A DNA stretch of 64,000 nt from Vicinamibacterales bacterium (GTDB taxonomy: Bacteria; Acidobacteriota; Vicinamibacteria; Vicinamibacterales; UBA2999): assembly GCA_050247355.1 (NCBI GenBank), contig JBFWUK010000011.1, positions 68,847-132,846 on the forward strand. The letters are read 5' to 3'. The notes beneath the pieces were generated by a model. The model was not told the origin of the DNA. It did no database searches and saw nothing but the letters and a program-made list of their open reading frames with translations. Position numbers and translations under genes: made by a program. This document shows, piece by piece, positions 40,945-48,400 of the stretch (position 1 is the stretch's first letter; the number at the start of each line of letters is the position of its first letter).

Positions 40945-42329
40945 ACGTCGCCCTCATCTTCCTGCTCGCCTACACGGTGGCCCTCACCGTGTTCGGCGTG
41001 TGGATTGGCCGCCACGTCAAGGTCGCCGCCGACTTCTTCGTCGCCGGACGGCGGCTCACCTGGCCGCTCGTGGGCGCCACCGTCCTCGCCGCAAACATCG
41101 GCGCCGGCACCACCGTCGGCACGGCTGGACTGGCGTATCACGACGGCATCAGCGCCTTGTGGTGGAACGGCGCGGTCGGTATCGGCACGCTGGTGCTGGC
41201 GCTGTGGGTGGGGCCGAAGCTGTGGACCCTGGCAACGGCCCGCGGTCACTTCACGGTCGGGGATTTTCTCGAAGACCGTTATGGCGGCACGGTCCGCGGA
41301 CTGGTGGCGGTGCTGATTGCCATCGGCGCCCTTGCGCTGCTGGCCGGTCAGCTGATCGCAGGAGCGGCTGTACTCGAAGTCGTGGCCGGACTGCCGCGTT
41401 GGCAAGGCATTGCCATCGGCGGTATCGCGATGACGGTGTATTTCACCGCCGGCGGGCTGCTTAGCTCGGCGTGGGTCAACGCCGTGCAGCTGGTGCTGTT
41501 GATTGGCGGCTTTCTAGTCGCCCTCCCCCTCGTGCTGACCAAGGTCGGCGGGCTGGAAGGCATCGCCGCGACGCCGGGCATTCCGGCAACTTTCTGGGAC
41601 CCGATGTACTCCGCCGGCGTGTCATCCGGCTGGACCATGCTCATTCTGCTGACACCGAGTTTCATCATTTCGCCCGGCCTGGTTCAGAAGGCGTATGGCG
41701 CCGTCGACGTCAGGACGGTCCGAATTGGGATCGGCGTAGCGGCCGGCGCGCAGATACTGTTCTCGTTCCTGCCGGTGCTGCTGGGCATGGCGGCGCGGGT
41801 GAATCATCCCGGCATCGAGAGCGACAACCTGGTCTTGCCTACCGTCGTCATGGCGGAACTGCCGGTCTGGCTGGGCGCACTCACCCTGGCCGCGATCTTC
41901 TCGGCCGAAGTGAGCACGTGCGACGCCATCCTGTTCATGGTGTCGACGTCCTCGTCGCGAGACTTGTACCAGCGGTTCATCAACCCGGCGGCCTCGCCGG
42001 CGCAAATGCTGCGGGTTGCCCGGGCCGCGGCGCTGACCGGCGGCGCGCTCGGCATGGTCCTGGCCACCCAGCTGGCAACCATCATCGATGCGTTGAAGAT
42101 CTTCTATTCGCTGCTGGGCGCCACCCTCTTCGTGCCGGTGGCCGGCGCGCTGCTGTCGAAGCGTGCGGGATCGCCTGAAGCAATGGCCGCGATTGTGTGC
42201 GGGGTCACCACGCTGCTGGCGGTGCAGTTCGGCACCGACCGCACGGGGTGGTGGGACCCAAGCCTGTGGGGGATCGGCGCCGGCGCGATTGGCTTCCTGG
42301 CGGCGATGGCCGTGCCGCGCCGGCCCTGA
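40941..42329 (+). CDS. Sodium:solute symporter family protein
   Basis: DFFVAGRRL, AANIGAG..G.AG.AY..G, FLEDRYG, AAIFSA.STCDA. Confidence 0.9.
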   Translation: MNVALIFLLAYTVALTVFGVWIGRHVKVAADFFVAGRRLTWPLVGATVLAANIGAGTTVGTAGLAYHDGISALWWNGAVGIGTLVLALWVGPKLWTLATARGHFTVGDFLEDRYGGTVRGLVAVLIAIGALALLAGQLIAGAAVLEVVAGLPRWQGIAIGGIAMTVYFTAGGLLSSAWVNAVQLVLLIGGFLVALPLVLTKVGGLEGIAATPGIPATFWDPMYSAGVSSGWTMLILLTPSFIISPGLVQKAYGAVDVRTVRIGIGVAAGAQILFSFLPVLLGMAARVNHPGIESDNLVLPTVVMAELPVWLGALTLAAIFSAEVSTCDAILFMVSTSSSRDLYQRFINPAASPAQMLRVARAAALTGGALGMVLATQLATIIDALKIFYSLLGATLFVPVAGALLSKRAGSPEAMAAIVCGVTTLLAVQFGTDRTGWWDPSLWGIGAGAIGFLAAMAVPRRP

Positions 42330-42342
42330 CGCGGCGCGTGCG

Positions 42343-43140
42343 TCACCCCGGCGGCGCCGGCGCGCTGCGCCGGTCGGCGGTACCGGGAAACTCCCGTCCC
42401 AGGCACGCGGGACAAATGCCGTGCGAGAACTCGGCGTGGCTGTGGTCGCGCACGTAGGCCTCGATCTGCTGCCAGGCGCCGGCTTCGTTGGGCACCTTCC
42501 GGCAGTAGGAACACACGCGAATAATGCCGCGCAGCACCCGGAGTTCCTGCAGGGTGCGCTCGGCCTCGGCACGGGCCTCGTGCTCCCGCCGCCACGACGC
42601 CGCCGCCTCGGCCTCGAGTGCCGTCCGGCGCTTCACCATGATGATGCCGACGATGTTCACGAAGCCAAGCACCACCAAATCGGTCCCCAGCGGATTCGGG
42701 CGGTCGCCGTACAACCAGAAGATCCGCTGCAGCAGCAGGCCTGCCGAGTACAGCAACGGCGCCGCGATTTGCCGGGGAAACGAATTCGGCATGGCGCCGT
42801 AGAAGACGACCAGGAACATCAGGGGCGTCCGAATCGGCAGCTCGGAACCCACCGGCCGCAGCAAGTTCATCCCCAACAACACCGAGATGGTGACCAGGGT
42901 GAAGACCAGGACGATGCGCGACAGCGATTCGCGCGTCTCTGCCCGCCTGACAAACCAGATGCCGGCAATGGGCACGAAGAGCGTGACGGCCCTGATCGTC
43001 AGGCGAACTTTCAGCCGGGGTAGGTCGGCGGCGAATAGCGACAGGTCCACCCACATGAACCAGGTAAGTGGGAACAGCAGGAGGGCCATCACCGCGCTGG
43101 CCAGCCGGCGATCGCTATCGATGCGCAAACGATCGATCAC
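42343..43140 (-). CDS. Membrane protein with coiled coil and C-terminal CxxC...SHGICPxC zinc-binding domain
   Basis: Several TM segments, then LRGIIRVCSYCRKV...WQQIEAYV...FSHGICPAC. Confidence 0.75.
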   Translation of the reverse strand: MIDRLRIDSDRRLASAVMALLLFPLTWFMWVDLSLFAADLPRLKVRLTIRAVTLFVPIAGIWFVRRAETRESLSRIVLVFTLVTISVLLGMNLLRPVGSELPIRTPLMFLVVFYGAMPNSFPRQIAAPLLYSAGLLLQRIFWLYGDRPNPLGTDLVVLGFVNIVGIIMVKRRTALEAEAAASWRREHEARAEAERTLQELRVLRGIIRVCSYCRKVPNEAGAWQQIEAYVRDHSHAEFSHGICPACLGREFPGTADRRSAPAPPG

Positions 43141-43263
43141 GCTCTCAGCTTAGCTCAGCCGTAGGCGTCGGTCCTCACCCAAGTCGCGTTGGCCTTATTC
43201 CGCGCAGTGCGTGGCGGTCGCCGATCGGCCTGACAAGGAACCGCCAGAGGCCCACGGTCGGGA

Positions 43264-43293
43264 GTGCCAGACGGCCGGCACTTTAGTGCCGGC
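43264..43293 (+). repeat. REP-like hairpin upstream of the RAYT fragment
   Basis: GTGCCAGACG-GCCGGCAC-TTTA-GTGCCGGC. Confidence 0.75.
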
Positions 43294-43332
43294 TTGAACC
43301 GCCAGGCATCGCGATTGCAGCAATCAGCCGTC

Positions 43333-43518
43333 ATGGGCCGACCTCACCGCAACAATCGCATTTCCTACGTCGGGCGTTCCACGTTTCTCGTCACCGTTGC
43401 AACGCGGGAACGCGTCGATGCCTTTACAGACATCGCGTTCGGGCGCGCGGCCGAGCGCGCATTGCGTGACAGGGCCGTCAAGACGCGGTTTGCACTTCCT
43501 GCGTACTGCCTGATGCCG
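43333..43518 (+). pseudogene. Truncated REP-associated tyrosine transposase (RAYT, IS200/IS605 Y1 family), N-terminus only
   Basis: MGRPHR...YVG..TFLVTVATRER..AF...FALPAYCLMP; similarity ends exactly where the DHxH (HUH) motif is expected. Confidence 0.75.
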
Positions 43519-43579
43519 CCGGCAGCACCAGCTGACGGCCTTCTGGCACGGTGCACACACACGGCCCGTTCTGCCGGCC

Positions 43580-44326
43580 TCACCTGCCGCCAGCCACGTC
43601 GATGAACGACGCCGTGGTGAACGACGCCTCGTCCGACAACAGCCAGAGTACGGCGTGGGCCACTTCCTCGGCGGTGCCGCCGCGCCGCATGGGCACGAAG
43701 GCCTTCACCCGATCGACGCGGTTCGGCTCGCCGCCGCTGGCGTGAATGTCGGTGTAGATGAAACCGGCGCGCACCGCGTTGACGCGAATGCCTTCCTGCG
43801 CCACTTCCTGCCCCAGGCCAATGGTCATGGTGTCGATGGCGCCTTTCGACGCGGCGTAGTCGACGTATTCGCCGGGCGAGCCCAGCCGGGCGGCCCCCGA
43901 CGACAGGTTGACGATCGCCCCGCCGGCGCCGCCATGCTTCGTCGACATGCGGCGCACCGCTTCGCGCGCGCACATGAACGAACCGGTGACGTTGGTGGCA
44001 AACACGCGTTGCAGCCGCGCCGCGTCCATGTCTTCGACGCGTTTCTGGGTTTCGAGAATACCGGCGTTGTTGACCAGTGCATCGAGCCGGCCCAGCTCGC
44101 GGTCGCAGGTCTCGAACAGCCGGACCACCTCGGCTTCCACGGCAATGTCGGCCTGCACCGCCACCGCCCGGCCGCCCGCGGACGTGATGCCGTTCACGAC
44201 GCTCTCGGCCGATGCGCGATCCTTGAGGTAGTTGACGCACACCGCGTAGCCGCGCGCCGCCGCCAGCCGGGCCGTCGCCGCGCCAATGCCCCGGCTCGCG
44301 CCGGTGATAAGGACAATGCGGCTCAC
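43580..44326 (-). CDS. SDR family oxidoreductase
   Basis: TGASRGIG, NNAG, YAASK, GIRVNAV. Confidence 0.95.
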   Translation of the reverse strand: MSRIVLITGASRGIGAATARLAAARGYAVCVNYLKDRASAESVVNGITSAGGRAVAVQADIAVEAEVVRLFETCDRELGRLDALVNNAGILETQKRVEDMDAARLQRVFATNVTGSFMCAREAVRRMSTKHGGAGGAIVNLSSGAARLGSPGEYVDYAASKGAIDTMTIGLGQEVAQEGIRVNAVRAGFIYTDIHASGGEPNRVDRVKAFVPMRRGGTAEEVAHAVLWLLSDEASFTTASFIDVAGGR

Positions 44327-45681
44327 GGAACGGCGACCCTCAGTTCGGCGCCGTAGAGCATGGTCCGGTCGTTGTCGCGCGCGGACCAGCGCAGCAGCGT
44401 TGCCGCGTCCTTCTTCACGAGACCCTCGAACGCCGTTCGGCCATTCACCGACACGACGACAGGCCTCGAGAAATCAATCGCGTCGGGCGACAGCAGCAGC
44501 GTGAAGGCCGCCACGTCGCGGACCTTGGCGTCGAAGACGTTTCCGGTTCGCGTGACATCCACCCGCCCAGACGGTTTGGTGTGCTGAAAGAACCCACGGT
44601 CCTTGAGCTCGGTCTCGCGCGAGGCATCCTGGCGCAGTTCGTTGATCACCAGCCAGCGGTGGCGATTGAACTTGTCGGTACGCTCGGTTTCCCACGACAG
44701 CTTCGCCGGATGCGCCACGCGCGGGTGTTCGCGGACGAACTTCTCGAATGGCTCACGCTCGGTCGGCCACCATGCCGTGTTGTGGCCGGCGCCGGCCTGC
44801 GGCCGGAACACGTACGGCACGCCCATCGACTGGAACCACTTGATGTGCGGTTCCACCTGATAGACGGGATACAGGTTGTCCATTTCTCCGTTGACGATGT
44901 AGAGCGGCGCGGTCGACAGGTTGTTGCCGTACATCTCGCCGTCGGCGCCGTTCTGCGGGCTGCGAATCACGGCAATGCTGCCGTTCAGCGGCAGGTACGA
45001 CGACCACGGGTTGGGCTCCTTGAGCGCCATGTAGTAGACGCCGGTGCCGCCGTCGGAAATGCCGGTGATGTAGATGCGCGACTCGTCGATGTTGTACTTG
45101 CGCTTGAGGGTGTCGACCGCGCGCAGGATGTTGTCGATCTGCTCTTCGTCCCACCACTGCGCCGCGGCCCAGCCGCTGGGGTGCAGGTAGATCTGCTTCT
45201 CGCCGGCAATGCGGTTCGGATTGCGGCCCGTCACGGACAAACCTGAAGGTTTGTCCCCCCGAGCTGAAGGCGGCACGGGCTGCGGCCTGCCCGCCGTAGC
45301 GCCTGGCGCGGAGGCGGGGTTCGGCGAGGGACGGCCGACACCGCCGTGCAGCTGGACGCGCAGTTGCATCGGCGTCGCCGGGTCGTAGTCGGCCGGCACC
45401 TCGACGATGTTATTGAAGAAGGGGCCGGACTTCGAGCGCCAGCGAAGGGCGTACTCGCCGCGCTTCTCGTCGCCGTAGAGGCGGCCCTTCTTGAGCCGCG
45501 CGTAAGCGGTGTCGAAATCAACGCCGGCCGCAATCAACTCGGTGGCCGCGGTGGCCGCGTCGGCAGGATTCTCCGCGGCAAAGAACTTTTCGAACAGCGG
45601 ATCAACCGGCGCCTGCCCTTGCGCAAGGGCCATGGCCGTGAGCGATGCGGTCAGTGCCGCGACAACGATTGCGCGCCTCAT
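44323..45681 (-). CDS. Secreted alpha/beta-hydrolase (esterase-like)
   Basis: LHGG, YNIDESRIYITGISDGG (GxSxG), NGEMD, AGH. ATGA overlap with the Nudix gene. Confidence 0.8.
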   Translation of the reverse strand: MRRAIVVAALTASLTAMALAQGQAPVDPLFEKFFAAENPADAATAATELIAAGVDFDTAYARLKKGRLYGDEKRGEYALRWRSKSGPFFNNIVEVPADYDPATPMQLRVQLHGGVGRPSPNPASAPGATAGRPQPVPPSARGDKPSGLSVTGRNPNRIAGEKQIYLHPSGWAAAQWWDEEQIDNILRAVDTLKRKYNIDESRIYITGISDGGTGVYYMALKEPNPWSSYLPLNGSIAVIRSPQNGADGEMYGNNLSTAPLYIVNGEMDNLYPVYQVEPHIKWFQSMGVPYVFRPQAGAGHNTAWWPTEREPFEKFVREHPRVAHPAKLSWETERTDKFNRHRWLVINELRQDASRETELKDRGFFQHTKPSGRVDVTRTGNVFDAKVRDVAAFTLLLSPDAIDFSRPVVVSVNGRTAFEGLVKKDAATLLRWSARDNDRTMLYGAELRVAVP

Positions 45682-46310
45682 AGGCCTGCGAGAATAGCGC
45701 AAAATTCCGCCAGCACCATGGCCGTCGCCCCCCACACTTTCTCGCCGTCCACGTCGTAGTAGGGCACGTCGATCGGGACGGTCTCGCCGGCGGTGGTCCG
45801 CTGGCGGAACTCCCGTTTGACCGTGGCCGGATCGCGCAACTGGCCGAGCGTCGGCTCGATGATGCGCGCCACCTCCCATTCGGCGCGATTGAACAAAGGG
45901 CGGCCGGGCAGGTAGCCGACCACGGGATGCAGCAAGTAGTTGCTGACCGGGATGTGCAGCGGCGTCAACCGGCCAAGGACGAGTATCGAGTCGCGCGCGA
46001 CGCCGATTTCCTCCTCGGCCTCACGGGTGGCGGCCGCCTCGATGGACTCGCCCGCGTCCACGCGGCCGCCCGGCAGCGACACCTGGCCGGTGTGGTTGCG
46101 CAACCCGGAACCGCGAACCGTCAGGGCCAGCAGGTCGACGGTGTCGTGGGGATAGACCAGCACCAGCGCGGCGCCGTCCCGGGTGCCCTCGGGTACCTTG
46201 AGCGGATCCCACCCCACCCGTGGCGTGGGCGCCATGCGCAGTTGGGCATCGAGGCCGGGCAGCGGCCGCGACAGCGCCTCGCGCAACCGCTGATCCAGAT
46301 CGGGGGTCAC
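45678..46310 (-). CDS. Nudix CoA pyrophosphatase (NudL-like)
   Basis: LRNHTGQVSLPGG...AATREAEEEIG, VWGATA. Confidence 0.93.
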   Translation of the reverse strand: MTPDLDQRLREALSRPLPGLDAQLRMAPTPRVGWDPLKVPEGTRDGAALVLVYPHDTVDLLALTVRGSGLRNHTGQVSLPGGRVDAGESIEAAATREAEEEIGVARDSILVLGRLTPLHIPVSNYLLHPVVGYLPGRPLFNRAEWEVARIIEPTLGQLRDPATVKREFRQRTTAGETVPIDVPYYDVDGEKVWGATAMVLAEFCAILAGL

Positions 46311-46365
46311 TGCATCAGGTTACTGCAGAGCCGCCTGCGGCGCGTGCCGGCAGGCACCGGGTCGG

Positions 46366-47016
46366 TCAGCGAGCGGTCTCGCGCGGCCGAATCAGCAGTC
46401 CGGTAGTCGAGACGAAGACGTCGAAGTCGGCCGGCTCGTTGACGCGCACGAAGGTGCCGGACCCATACTCCGCATCCAGCAACGGAGCCAGAAAGGCATA
46501 CCGCGAGCGCAGCGCGAACAGGTCAATCCGCCGCTCGGGCGCCAGGGTGTGCACCGTGCGTGATGCCGAACGTTCCTGCTCGAGGTCATCATAGCGGCCC
46601 GCCACGCGATCGAGCTCATAGGCGGTGTGCAGGCCAAGCACGTTGACGACCGGCCGCCACTTGAGGATGTGTGCGTCCACATACAACGCGTCGCCCGCCA
46701 GCTCGTAGTAGGTCGACTCGGCACGGCCGGGAATGTGGAAGGTGGCGCCAAACCGCTGCTCGCCCAGTGGACGCACCTCGACGCGCGCGGCCAGCTCCTC
46801 TCGGGTCAACGCGCGGTAGCCCTGCATGCCGATCGCCACGCTCGCTGACAGCGCGCCGAGCGAAAGCAGCAACAGGCCGAGCAGCGAGCGGAGGACAAAG
46901 CGAAACGGACGGCGGCGCCGCAGCGCGAGCAGGCCGGCCAGCATCAAGGCGCCGCCCAACACGCCGAAGAAGGCGCCGACGATCAGCAGCGGATCAGTCG
47001 CCAGGCCTGATGTCAT
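46366..47016 (-). CDS. Conserved hypothetical membrane protein
   Basis: Two N-terminal TM helices; GDALYVDAHILKW...YELDRVAGRY...DAEYGSGTF. Confidence 0.65.
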   Translation of the reverse strand: MTSGLATDPLLIVGAFFGVLGGALMLAGLLALRRRRPFRFVLRSLLGLLLLSLGALSASVAIGMQGYRALTREELAARVEVRPLGEQRFGATFHIPGRAESTYYELAGDALYVDAHILKWRPVVNVLGLHTAYELDRVAGRYDDLEQERSASRTVHTLAPERRIDLFALRSRYAFLAPLLDAEYGSGTFVRVNEPADFDVFVSTTGLLIRPRETAR

Positions 47017-47080
47017 GTACCCACCGTACCACGCACATGAAGAGAACCACCTGGACGGTTTCGATAGATACTCTTAAATC

Positions 47081-48157
47081 GTGTCGTGGGTAGTACTCGT
47101 CCTGGCGGCGGTTCTCTTCTTCCTCTCGATCTGGATCGTGGTGCCCGCGCCCACCATGTTCCTGCTGACCTTCGCCGTCGGCGCGCCCGAGGTCAGCCCC
47201 ATTCTCCTGGTGCCGGCGATCGTCACAGCGGTGCTGGCGTGGCGGGGTACCGGTCGCGTTCGCCGAGCCGCGTTCGTGCTGGCGGTGTCCGCCAGCGTTC
47301 TGTTCGCGGTGCCGCTCGCACGCTACCCCTGGGGAGTCGCGCCGCTCTCGCTCGACACGTTGTTGGCGGGCGTCGACCTGGGGCAATCGCGCCTCAACCG
47401 CGGCGTGCCCTTTGCGGCGCCCGAGGGCGTGCAGCTGACGATGGATATCTATCGGCCAATCACCGACGGCCCCCATCCCGCCATCGTCCAGATTCACGGC
47501 GGCGCCTGGCAGCGCGGCGCGCCGGGCAACGACGCGGCCTTTGCCGCGCGCCTGGCGTCTCGCGGGCACGTGGTGTTTGCCATCGACTACCGCCACGCAC
47601 CTGCCTGGAAGTGGCCGGCGCAGCTGGACGATGTGCAGACGGCGTTGGCGTGGATTCGGGAGCACGGTGCCGAGTACGGCGCCGACCCGTCGCGGCTCGC
47701 GCTGTTCGGCCGCTCGGCGGGATCGCAACTGGCGATGGTGGCGGGCCTGCAGGACCCGGGCGTATCGGCGGTGATCAGCTACTACGGTCCGGTCAACCTG
47801 ACGAACGGATGGCGCGAACCACCCCGCCCGGATCCCATCGGCTCGCGTGACGTGCTCGAGGCGATGCTGGGCGGCACCCCCGATCAGATGCCGGAGCGCT
47901 ACCAGCACGCTTCACCGATTTCCTACGTCTCGGCCAAGGCGCCGCGCACCTTGCTGATCTACGGTTCGCGCGATCACATCGTACAGCCAAAGTACGGCCG
48001 CAACCTGCACGCTGCGCTGCGGGCAGCGGGGGCGTCGTCAGAGTTGATCGAAATCCCCTGGGGCGACCACGCGTTTGACGCGCTGCCCGGCGGGCTGAGC
48101 GGCCAGGTCGCGTTGTTTTACACGGAGCGGTTTCTGGCCGAAATCTTCGGCCGCTGA
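47081..48157 (+). CDS. HSL-like alpha/beta hydrolase with N-terminal TM helices
   Basis: IHGGAW, IDYR, GRSAG, DHIV, HAFD. Confidence 0.88.
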   Translation: MSWVVLVLAAVLFFLSIWIVVPAPTMFLLTFAVGAPEVSPILLVPAIVTAVLAWRGTGRVRRAAFVLAVSASVLFAVPLARYPWGVAPLSLDTLLAGVDLGQSRLNRGVPFAAPEGVQLTMDIYRPITDGPHPAIVQIHGGAWQRGAPGNDAAFAARLASRGHVVFAIDYRHAPAWKWPAQLDDVQTALAWIREHGAEYGADPSRLALFGRSAGSQLAMVAGLQDPGVSAVISYYGPVNLTNGWREPPRPDPIGSRDVLEAMLGGTPDQMPERYQHASPISYVSAKAPRTLLIYGSRDHIVQPKYGRNLHAALRAAGASSELIEIPWGDHAFDALPGGLSGQVALFYTERFLAEIFGR

Positions 48158-48400
48158 TTTTCGCGATCTGGGGATTTGGTGATTGGATGATTTAGATCAG
48201 GATTTGTGGGTCTCGTGATTTGGTGATTTGGTGATTTGGTGGTTCACGGTCTGGCCGCGGACTCGCCGGGCAAACGGGCGCTTCGGAACATCTCTGCCCA
48301 AACAGCCCGGTCTTCGGAACTTAGCAGCTCACCAAATCATCACAATCGCCAAATCAGCGTCCCAAATCACCAAGTCACGAGATCGCGAAATCACGAGATC
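48156..48400. repeat. Inverted arms of 8-bp GATTTGGT / ACCAAATC tandem repeats between convergent genes
   Basis: Left arm about 48156-48245, right arm about 48330-48400. Confidence 0.75.

Noticed and set aside
43333-43605. Active IS200/IS605 element
   Set aside because: The HUH and catalytic Tyr regions are missing and there is no tnpB.
48228-48400. Small gene between the GATTTGGT repeat arms
   Set aside because: The spacer of about 85 bp gave no recognisable peptide in the frames I inspected.
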